Source: Balanoglossus misakiensis (Eukaryota > Animalia > Hemichordata). Taken from it: a stretch of 64,000 nt of DNA. The DNA is taken from assembly GCA_040954595.2 (NCBI GenBank), contig CM082594.2, positions 4,759,319-4,823,318 on the forward strand. Reading direction: 5' to 3'. Positions 54,201 through 64,000 of the stretch are shown here, one piece after another. Both the position numbers and the translations under genes were made by a program. The notes beneath the pieces were generated by a model. The model did no database searches. It saw only the letters and a list, made by a program, of their open reading frames with translations, and was not told the DNA's origin. The stretch's first letter is position 1. Each line of letters begins with the position of its first letter.

Positions 54201-57082
54201 ATTTACTGATCATTAAAAAATATCTAGTTTTGGTAGTCTAAACAACGCTATGAGATTCAAGTTTATGTCTTTTTACTTTTCTCGAGAGAGAAAAAAAGGA
54301 AAATCAGTTGTCGAAAAGAGTTTGGGCGCTGCAACCTGAGATTAAGAATTGCTGATGTCTGTGGTGGCAATCTTTGGATTCACAGAACACTGTCACGGCC
54401 TTTGTTGAGTCAAGACCGCGTCACGACGACGCAGCGCACATTGCAAACGAAGCCAGCCAGCCCATCCCCGCGAGGGGAAAAAACCCTGCCCACCCCTGCC
54501 GCCCAGAGTCGCCCGGTCCATCTCTGGCTAATTTAATAACGCTAAGAGCCTACATATGGTTATTAATTTCAAGCTGGATGCAAAATGGTAGTTGAGGTAA
54601 CGAGTAAAACGAAACTAACCAGATTAGGGTTGTCCTTTGTGGATAGCATCTCTATCACTCCCCGATTTTAATGAGGTTTAGAGCACGTCGAGAAACATTC
54701 GCTTTTCATGCACACACAACACACTAGATGTCTAGTGCAGATTTTTTTTATGTCCATCCCATAATAGTAAAGAGCTGTTAGAGGCTTCTCTGCCGTAAAA
54801 CGCTGAAGAGACGACTAGATGAATAGAAAACGACATTTTTCGCTTACAGTCAAAGCGCACACAAAAATATCTCGTTGCGTGAACTATGTCACATAGTATC
54901 TCATGTAAACTGAATTGACAAAAATTTACTGGTTGCGTTTTTTATTTTTATTCATAAGTCAATAAAAATAAAACACCTATTTTTTTTATCAAATTCTATC
55001 GACCTTCAATACGTTGGATTTTTCTTGTCTAAATATTTTTTGTGTGTAAATTTGATCTTTTTTGGATGCTAATGTAGAATTTATAAACTCCAGATTAAAA
55101 TCATCTGAGTCATTAATTTTTCTGCGTGTATGGTTAAGGGTTTTAGCAAATCTGCTCATGCAATCCTCTTCAGCTTACAATTCAAAGCTCTGCGGTACAA
55201 AGAGAAGTTGTAACAATCGGGGGAAAATTTTTACTGATAGGGTGGCATCCTGTTAATTCTCGCAGTCAATAAGGGAGAAGAAGCTCTCCGTTCAAGCCAT
55301 TTCCCACTCCTTTAGGGAAAAAGGGGTAATGTGATGGTGTGAATTGTATTGCCCCCCCCCCCCTCCCAATCCTCCCACCCCACTGTTGAGATTGAGCCTT
55401 GAACTGTGATAGGCTGAAAATTAGAAACCTGAAATTGGGAAATTTAGTTTTATCGTACTGGAAGGGGATATAGCATGATTTTGCAAGAAAATGCTTTTAA
55501 AATGCTTTTAAGTTTTTTTCCATTATTTGACTGTAGTGCAGCAATCATACTTTGATAATTTTATCAAAAAGTAGTCAAAAATCAAACTTTTTTTTATTAA
55601 ATTTGGTTTTATTTGGGATTGAACTGCTTTCACTCGAAAGCTTTCACTCGAAAGCAGTCCTTAGCTATCGCGGTTCTGATTCATATTTCTAGGATGGTCA
55701 CCTCATAAGCCCTGATGTTGCTCTGTGATAATCTGTCTCGGAGCTTGAAACCGAAAAGCTAACAAGATCTGGAAAAATAGCCCCTGGGCACCCGATGCCA
55801 ATAATATCAAAGTGCTCCCTTTTGGATAGAGAGAAAAAAAAGAAATCCTTTTTTCTGAATAAAACCAGTGTGTTTAATTCATTCGGGCTTAAAATGTACA
55901 AGGGTATCTTGTGTGTGATGCAGTGAATGTCAAAACGTGTAGAGTGATTGGCTGGGTTTTGTTCTAAAGCTCTTGTATTAAAATTATCCCAGTGCTATCT
56001 TTTTTGTACAGAGAGACTGTTCGTCTTTTATCCCTGTTGAAAGTCAAAGAACGGTGATATTGTCTATCTGATTGGCAATCACTTTGTGAAGAGGTTTTTT
56101 TTTGTTCGTTCTAGGAGCATGTGCCTGTGTGCCTGCTTGGTGTAATTCATCAAAGATTTAAACAAATCAATCTCTTTCTGCATTTATTCGTTCCAAGGGG
56201 CCGTTATTGTCAGTAATGTGACAAGCTTCATCATTTTTTCCCAGTGAAATTACAGATACACTTTATATACAGACAGATCTCGTCGGTAAGATTGAGTTTT
56301 TTTGGGGAAAGACAGTGCAAGACATGCAAAGGACTGGGGTGTTTTATTCTGTCAAAATAAACTAGATGAAACGTTTTGATTGCTTGTGGGAAATGTTTCG
56401 CAATTCGAAACTGAGAAATAATTGTAATGCCAGATTTGCATTGAAACTGTTCTTAGAACAGGTGAACTGGCAAAAAGGGAATTCATGTTATTTTTATGTG
56501 TTTTGAGTTTTTTTATCTGAAGGGGAAAATAATATTAAGTTCTCAGGTTTTCGGATTGTAAAGGTGAAGGAGAATTGAAATGTAAGATGGATTATTTTGG
56601 TGCGTGAGTGTGTTGTTAAGGATATGAGATAACACTGTTTTTGGCTTGGGTAGTCAATTTTTGATGGTATTTAAAAGACGAGACCTTCAGTGCAGGTGTG
56701 CGCATTTTAGTCTCTTTTTTTTTATGGAAACCCCTGATAATAAAGCACTGTCGACAGCGACTACTCAAGTTTGGAGGAATAATGGAAAGTTAAATTACAG
56801 CCAATAAAATCAACACGTAGCTCTCCCCGGAGCTATAGGATGTCAGGGTTGGGAGAAGTCTGCTTTTGAGATCTTTAAGCTGTACTGTCATAGCGGAGAA
56901 TGAAAAGTGACGAGTTGCATTACGCGGCATCGTTGCTTAATGGACTTCTTTGTTGCCATGTTGACTTTAGACTCATTTGCCCGGGTGGAGAAATGGGATT
57001 GGATGTCTCGGAGTGTGTTCGCGCACATTGGTGGAAACGAGATTCGCGCGAGTCTGTCGACCGATCTTTTTTTAAGGCTTAA

Positions 57083-57400
57083 AGGGACAAAGTCTCTCTC
57101 TCGCCGCCCTTTTTCCATTAATTATGTTTAATACAAGACACGGTTTATGTTATTCTACATGTGGATATATAGTGAATCAATGCTCGACCACACACAACTT
57201 CCATCCTGTTTGTAGGATATGAGAGTCAAAATCTTGAAAAATGAATAAATGGTATACACTGATTATTCATTATGGCGAGTTTTTTAATCTTGTGGTTGAA
57301 CGTTGATTCACTATATATCCACATGTAGAATAACATAAACGGTGTCCTGCATCAAACATAATTAATGGAAAAAGGGCAGCGAGAGAGAGACTTTGTCCCT
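57083..57400. mobile_element. Kolobok-type palindromic MITE
   Basis: TTAA target duplication on both sides (57079-82, 57401-04); termini AGGGACAAAGTCTCTCTCTCGC / GCGAGAGAGAGACTTTGTCCCT; arms of over 100 bp near-perfect inverted repeat; RR..YY ends with TTAA are the Kolobok signature. Confidence 0.85.
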
Positions 57401-60400
57401 TTAATAATGGGAGAGAATTAAAAACAATATGGTCGGGGAGGGACTATCGTGATGCGTAAAGAATAAGCCCCCTCGCCCGGTGTGCCCAGATCAGGTGCAT
57501 TTAAAAGTCACTTTGAGTTCACGGTGCGGTTGATTTGAGAGACGTCGCCAAGGATTTGCGAACGAGACGAGAATTGATGTGTTTAGCCTCTGTCATAAAC
57601 TAAGTGGAAAAACTGCAATGGAAATCAGTCGGAAAGACATTCGGGGGAAAGGTGTTGTTATTTTTGGTGTTTCAATTTTCACGGGGGCCATATTCCTGCG
57701 TCGAGAATCACGCTGGCTGAAATCAGACGTGCATTTTCATTTTCAATAGTTTATAAAAAAGAACTAGGGTGTCCAGTTGCACTTTTCTGCAGAAGTTAAA
57801 GTACACAATCCCAGTAACGGTAATTATCTGCTATCAATTTCTGCCATTAAAAGATTTGTTTTCATTTTTGGGGTTTTTATAGAATACTCACACTGATGGA
57901 TTTACTGTAATTTTGGATAAAATGGTTGTAAAAATGACTTTTATCTTTAACGAGGTTAATTAGGTACCCACATGATATTTCCTCTGTTTGAAGTCAGTGG
58001 TGGCTAATTACCCCTATACTCATGCATTGTGCAATATTAGAATTTCTTAGAAATATGGAATTGATGATTCCTTAAAAAAGCAGAAAATAATACACTGGAC
58101 AATATAATTATCTGGCTGCTGTTTGGAACTGGAGGTTGATTTTGGAAGGGACTGTTTATAGTGCTAGGCGTTCTTAACCATCTCTAACTGAGGCAAGAGG
58201 ATAAAACATTTAAACAAGTAACAACATGACCCAGCCTGAGTTTATTTTCTCAAAATAATCACACATATACACACACAACAAAGTGCAGCAAAAATATCAT
58301 TAACACCCAGCCACAATTGGCCCTGTTGTAATTCGAGCCTCAGTTCCATAAGCTCCCCATCCACAATTATTGATAACCAATATTGACAATTAACGATGGA
58401 ATAATTTATAATTGAATATCAAATTTTAATGAGTTTTCGCAGGGTTGCGGAAAAGGAGAGGGGGGGAGACAATTAATACGTACGTCAATGGCACTTTGGT
58501 GAAGTTGTTTAGAGTCGCGGCATATGTTGGTTCATTGTGCGAAATCAATTGTCTGATTCGACGCGGCAGTTCATCTGAACAAACGAGGGGACACTCACTC
58601 CGCGACGTGAAAGTTGAGAATTTACTCAACCTCAGCAAATCTGGTGTATTGAAACTTACACGCACCCCCCCCCCCCTTCTCCTCCTCCTCCCCAAATGCT
58701 TGATATTTGCTCTAACGCTACTTTTTGAAGGCTGGACTTCTTTGTAGTTGGGTCCACGCAGCGGGGATTTGAAATTGACCGAGTCGCAATTACGCTGCAG
58801 CGATCAAGCTAGGCTGTGCTCCAAGTCTGCGACTTGCAGCCGCGGCGATACGGAGAACAAAAAAAACGCCAAAGTACCTTCAATGTCAGAAGATAATACA
58901 GTTTAATGCATCAGCTAAATTGTTCTGATACAACTCGCCCAGAATAATGCCTTTTTTTGTCAGACGATGCATTTATTCTTGAGCAAATTTTCACAGTGAA
59001 TTCATGTACCCCTGAGGGGGATTCAATAACAATGAGACTTGCGAAAGAATAGATGTTCACGTTTGACAGGGATACTAAAAATCAGTGTTGCGTTCATCTT
59101 AAAAGGTATACTTGATATCAGTAGTACGGTAGTCAAGAAAAAAACTTTTAGTGTCAAAATCATATTTTTGGATTTTTTTTTAGAGTCGAAACTATTTTTG
59201 TGACTTTTTTGAAAAAAATCAATTGTTTAAATTTATTTTTATTTGCTAATGTGGTTTGTCATGCTATCCGGTTAAGATGAGCGATATTTGGAGAATAAAC
59301 GGGTCCTTCCCCTGAATTAAAAAGAAAAAAAGAAATCAGAGATAGAAATAAAAGACGTATTTTTTCATGGGCTGATAAATGTGAGCTGCAGAGTGAAGAT
59401 AATGGCTGGGCTATATAATTGAAATGACTAAGTTGATGAAAATTTATCGTGGTGGCGAATCAGAAACGATGGAGAGAATTTATCACAATCTGATAAAGTC
59501 AGTTTAAGAGGAGAGATCAACAGCAGGGAGAGGGATCAGAAGAATGACAGTTTATTCGGGTAGTTAGGGGTTGATGGAATACTGCTCCCTGATTGAAAAA
59601 TTTCCCGAGCCGAGTCCCAGGTGGAATGCGCGCGCCTCACAAAGACATCCGAAGAAATAAGGAGAGAGAGACGAGAGACGAGTCGAACACGACAGTTTTG
59701 TGGCCGAGAGACGATGACAACGACGGCGGCGTCTGGGGTTGTGGAGACTCGATGTGAAAAGTAGCAGATGCTCGGATGAGAGGGAGACAGAGCGTTGCCA
59801 GGGCAACCATAATTACCTAAATGCAGCGGAGTAGCGAGATGAAATTTGATTCTTAATGGTATTAAAGAGCAGAGGGATGGAGGCTGGAGTTGCATTGGGC
59901 TGCGTTAGCGATACAGATGTACCATGGGTAGAGGGAGAGAGAGCGAGAGCGAGAGAGAGAGAACAGTTGATTAGGGAAGATGGGCAAATGTCAGCTGCTA
60001 GTACCATCATTCATATCAATAAAATAAAGTACATACATAGTTCCAATAACTATCTGTCGCCAGGGGAACCGCAGACTTTTTGAGTCTATACCTGGCAACA
60101 CACACACAACAGATTCTGGGACGAGTTGCTCAGGGGAGTATTAAGCGCGGCTAATCTGATCCCCGCAGTACATATGTTGTAGTGCTGCGTGTCAGAGATG
60201 AGCTGCGTAATGGTCGGGCCCGAGATAATCACGCTCTAATCTAGTCCATCTGCGGAGCACATAAAACCAGATGTCACTTATGAAAGCTGTGATCTTTATA
60301 AAGTTTGCGGCTTTGATAAGAATAGATGAGATAGAAATAGATGATGTATGGCCGTCTTAGGGTGCTGTCACGCTCTCGTAAAACATAATGAAAATGAAGG

Positions 60401-60551
60401 GGGCCGGGAACAATGGACGTCGTTCACCACGGCCCGCGCCGAGCAACAGGGGGCGCATTTCGGCTCCTGATTAAATTTGTGTCGCTTAATGCAGTCTTGG
60501 ATATCAGCGCCTGATGTGGTAATTCTCTTTTTAATGGTTGTGTGTTCACAG

Positions 60552-60715
60552 CAGATATCAAGTCAGAAATTTACCGCGATGCCCCGATTTATCAACGGCG
60601 AGGCTCCCTTCAGCTGTGGCAGTTCTTAGTGGCGCTGCTGGAGGACCCTGGAAACGCCACTTTCATCGCCTGGACGGGCAGAGGGCTGGAGTTTAAACTG
60701 ATTGAACCCGAGGAG
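60552..60715 (+). CDS. ETV1: PEA3 coding exon 9, ETS domain N-half: ADIKSEIYRDAPIYQRRGSLQLWQFLVALLEDPGNATFIAWTGRGLEFKLIEPEE
   Basis: PEA3-diagnostic YQRRGSLQLWQFL; NAGNAG acceptor (60552 or 60555); |gtaaga donor. Confidence 0.97.
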
Positions 60716-60942
60716 GTAAGACACAATGAACATACATACAGTAATCATTGAGTCTCTTTGCACAGTTGTGTCATTGATATTTACTGGGATCCCCGCCATT
60801 TGGAGCTGTAATATATTTGATATTTTCAATATATTTTTATTCTGGGTTATATCTACAACAGTTTCTAGTAAAATCTACTCCTTACAACATTTTGACATGC
60901 CCAATATCCAGCATGTCACCACAGCCCACATACATATGTATA

Positions 60943-61035
60943 TAAACCCCTTTTCAACGATAGTTCAATCCAGACCCATTGTTTTCTGTGGTACGTTTGG
61001 ACCTCTACATAGGGAACTGGGGGTGAAAGGGTTAA
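60943..61035 (-). mobile_element. ~90-bp piggyBac-type mini-MITE
   Basis: taaa-ccccttttc...gggaactgggggtgaaaggg-TTAA; same family as 7958 and 16352. Confidence 0.7.
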
Positions 61036-61141
61036 ACCAGCAATGTTATTGTTGAGTATTTTATTGGAGTCTGGACCTGAAACTTAGGTGGTCCGTTAAT
61101 TGTAGGCCCTGATTTCAAATGGATTGTTTCTGTCTTTTCAG

Positions 61142-61543
61142 GTGGCGAGACGATGGGGAATACAGAAGAACAGACCGGCCATGAACTACGACAAGCTCTC
61201 GCGCTCTCTACGATACTACTACGAGAAGGGCATCATGCAGAAGGTGGCCGGCGAGAGGTACGTCTACAAGTTCGTCTGCGACCCCGAAGCCCTGTTCACC
61301 ATGGCCTTCCCGGAGAACGGTCGCGGCGTCCTGAAGCCCGCCCACGATCTGTCCCAAGTGCCGGAGCAGAGACCCCCGCCGCCACCGGGCATCCCTGCCG
61401 GACACCCGCAGCAGAGGGCCATCAAGGAGGAGGACACGGTCCCGCTGACCCATCTGGACGACGGCATCGACCAGGCCCGCTACGTGCAGGACATGGCGGC
61501 GCAGTGCTGCCCCCAGCAGTACGTGGAGGGCTGTGTGTACTGA
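61142..61543 (+). CDS. ETV1: PEA3 terminal coding exon, ETS domain C-half and C-terminal tail
   Basis: [52 protein letters not shown]...[13 protein letters not shown]...YVEGCVY-stop, essentially identical to the ETV1 ETS domain. Confidence 0.98.
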   Translation: MARRWGIQKNRPAMNYDKLSRSLRYYYEKGIMQKVAGERYVYKFVCDPEALFTMAFPENGRGVLKPAHDLSQVPEQRPPPPPGIPAGHPQQRAIKEEDTVPLTHLDDGIDQARYVQDMAAQCCPQQYVEGCVY

Positions 61544-62999
61544 TCCGATCGCGTCCAGGACGTTGCTATAGCTACGAGTACTCGCTACTCATTGTTTCAA
61601 AACTTGTACAGCCGTTTTTATTAACCGCAGTACGTCCTCCACTTTTGTTTTGCGGAGGAGTCGAGTCAAAAGAATTTGCCAGATGTTCAAAAGGGCATGT
61701 TACCACAAGTGTAAATAACATCAGGTGTTATGACAAATTTAAACAGGATGAGTTTGGAATGGGTACGACCAGTTGAGGATAGGTCTATATCTTCATGTGT
61801 ATACTTATTTGCAAAGCCAATTTTCTCCCTAGTTATGCTCAAAAAGATGTGAGCATTCTGGGGAAATCGACAAAGTTTTTTGGTTATTTTGTGTAGCTTC
61901 GACTTTGTATGCTTTTTGGTACCCATTTTCGTCCGACTCAGTCTTTATACGACAGCTAGTTTTTTTGCTATATACATTATATACATAAGCCAATCAGAGG
62001 CTGCGTTACAGCCAGATGATTAGCCATGTGACCAATTGGAACACTTCTTAATAACCAGCCATGTGATCAATTGCCTCTTCAAGGATTGGTCCAAGCTGTG
62101 ATTTTCTTTTTTAAAACTTAACAATTTTGTCATCTGTTGGAAAATAACAAACCATTTTAACATTTTTTTTCCTGTTCAAAAATGTTTTTGTTGTATTGTA
62201 AATTGAACCAAAAACAAGTGTATTTGGTTGGAGCATGTACTTTTCAACATTACTTTTAAACAGTTGTGTGATTAAGTTGCCAAATGCATTTTTTGTTTTG
62301 TCGATTAGAAAAAAAACGACTAGTATTAGATAAGTATACATAGATTGACTGATTATTGATGGCAGTTAAGGTGATTTTTAATTGCAAAAGAAAAAAAAAC
62401 TGATTTCTCCAAATGCTGGAGAAATTACTAATACTAAAACTAGAATAAAATGTTAATCAGATCAGCTGATGACTTAACTAATCAAAAGTGAAACATCGTC
62501 CAAAAATGTCCAAAATTTTCGGTAAATGCTAATATAATTTGTCCAAGCCCAACAGTTTATTTGACTTTCAAATTTAGGAGGTGCGAACAATTTGTAGTTT
62601 ATTTGTGGAATGCCACCCCCCTCCAAATCCTGAAGATGAACCTTGTAAAACAACCCCCCCCCCCCCCCATTTACCTGTATATAGGCCCAACCTTGAAAAT
62701 GAAAACTAAGAAAAAGGGTTAGCCCAAAACTTGAGGCGGGGGTGGAAGGATAAAAACCCTTTGGAGGTGAAATACAAATTGAATTAATCCCTAAAGTGTC
62801 TGATATGGCTTGCCTTAAAAAGGATCGAGACCTATATTTTATGGAAGTTTTTATTTTTCAGCTTAAAAGACATTACAGAATGTAGCCGGGTGAGACCGTT
62901 TCTCAGATTCTCAGAGCTGGAATATCAGAAATGAAAGCAACATTTATAGAGCAGAGATGAGATAAAAGAGTATTATATTATGTAGATACAGTGTATTCA

Positions 63000-63005
63000 A
63001 ATAAA
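63000..63005 (+). terminator. Candidate polyadenylation signal of PEA3 (alternative at 62444)
   Basis: AATAAA with upstream TGTA elements, about 1.5 kb after the stop. Confidence 0.3.
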
Positions 63006-64000
63006 AGAAAGAGTTTGAATATATCTAGCTTTGTATTAACAGATGAACCCTCAGTAAAAAAGACGAGGTTTTTTTTATCATGTCACTGCCTTTATATCAT
63101 ATATTACCAAAAATTATATACACTATAGACAATTATAGATTTTTTTTGGTTCTTACTGGAGTCTCTTTGGAGTTCTCTCGCCGTCATGGTTACCGCATAC
63201 TTGCTGTGTCAGAGTTGATTCAGCTGGTAAGCAGGGTCAGTACACTCCTGGAAAAATCATGGAATGGGGAACCATTCCTGGAAAGTCGTGCAGAGTCCTG
63301 GAAAAATGAAATTTACTCAAAAATCTATTGATAATTACTGTACAATCTCCTGGACTGAGTGTATGGACTCTGCAGATGTGAAAAATCAGAGATAATACCA
63401 GCTGAACGCTCGTGATTAACAGCATGGGTCATAGACAATTTGATCTTTTTTTGAGGTGTGCGAAGAAAAATCAGGTTATGTAGTCAAAAACGTCTTAAGA
63501 GTTTTAGTTTTTTTTTGGTACTTTATTCCCAACTTGTGACATCATACAAGATATGGTACTCTGTTTCATTGTCTACAATTGTAAGTTTTCTGTATTAAAC
63601 TACAAATGTGAAAAACTTTTGAGATTAACCGAGCCAGCCAATGAGACTGTACCCTTACACAGCATTTACATGAGGCAGCTAGCACCTTCGTCAGCCAATC
63701 AGGTTGCGGGTCAGAGGTCAGATGAAAGAATACAAATGCTGCCCGAGTTTGTTAAGGTGCAGCGACATGTAGATTCTGGCTGACCAAAAATTCTGATTTT
63801 TGAAAAAATTGTGTGATGGTACGACTGAAAAGGGGGTTGAATAGAAGGTGCTTGCACTGTGGCAGATGCCCGTGTTAAAGGAATGTGTCTCTTTGGCTGA
63901 GTGTCACATGTACAGTTTCCAGAACAATCATGAAAAAAATAATCACTCCAAAACAATTAGACAATTTTCTTCTCTGCACTTTATTTTAAGGTGTTACTTT

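Larger units (their letters stand above)
31383..61543 (+). other. ETV1: PEA3-subfamily ETS transcription factor gene (ETV1/4/5 co-ortholog, Pea3/Erm): join(31383-31439,31597-31696,31888-31935,32461-32517,37384-37675,38925-39106,45798-45866,50587-50655,60552-60715,61142-61543), 1440 nt, 479 aa
   Basis: All ten exons are GT-AG with consistent phases (0,1,1,1,2,1,1,1,0); the protein aligns by eye end to end with vertebrate ETV1/ETV5 from FYDQxVP to the C-terminal YxEGxVY. Confidence 0.93.

Noticed and set aside
55626-55655. GCTTTCACTCGAAA tandem duplication forming small hairpins (also a short direct duplication at ~9426-9456)
   Set aside because: Simple local slippage duplications
41770-60320. 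Multiple TCF/LEF CTTTGAT sites
   Set aside because: The count is about what an AT-rich 7-mer gives by chance
61153-61776. 207-aa alternative-frame ORF and antisense ORFs over the last PEA3 exon
   Set aside because: Shadow ORFs of a GC3-rich coding exon; no recognisable homology

Overview
AT-rich, intron-containing animal genomic DNA. It is not prokaryotic: there are no operons, CRISPR arrays or rRNA. Most ORFs in the supplied track are spurious. Two protein-coding genes can be reconstructed, both on the + strand. (1) The last two coding exons of a type I diacylglycerol kinase (DGKA/B/G-like; 2825-3006 and 3464-3586), followed by a probably long, CpG-poor 3' UTR to about 11.8 kb. (2) A complete PEA3-subfamily ETS transcription factor (ETV1/4/5, Pea3/Erm-like): 10 coding exons from 31383 to 61543, about 479 aa, all GT-AG with matching phases. 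The DGK->PEA3 tandem arrangement mirrors human DGKB-ETV1 and DGKG-ETV5, pointing to an ancient microsyntenic pair or regulatory block; this is the most notable observation. The 12-31 kb intergenic region is CpG-rich with long tetranucleotide microsatellites. It also holds a candidate distal promoter/first exon, a candidate spliced lncRNA, and a dense proximal promoter (3x CRE, 4x CCAAT, PBX/MEIS decamer, X-box, Capicua octamers). PEA3 introns carry many RFX X-boxes. Non-autonomous DNA transposon relics are scattered throughout (Kolobok-type, piggyBac-type mini-MITEs, Helentron/HINE-like). The source is probably a marine invertebrate deuterostome such as a hemichordate (inference only). I found no evidence of a wholly new molecular system, and all regulatory claims are hypotheses.
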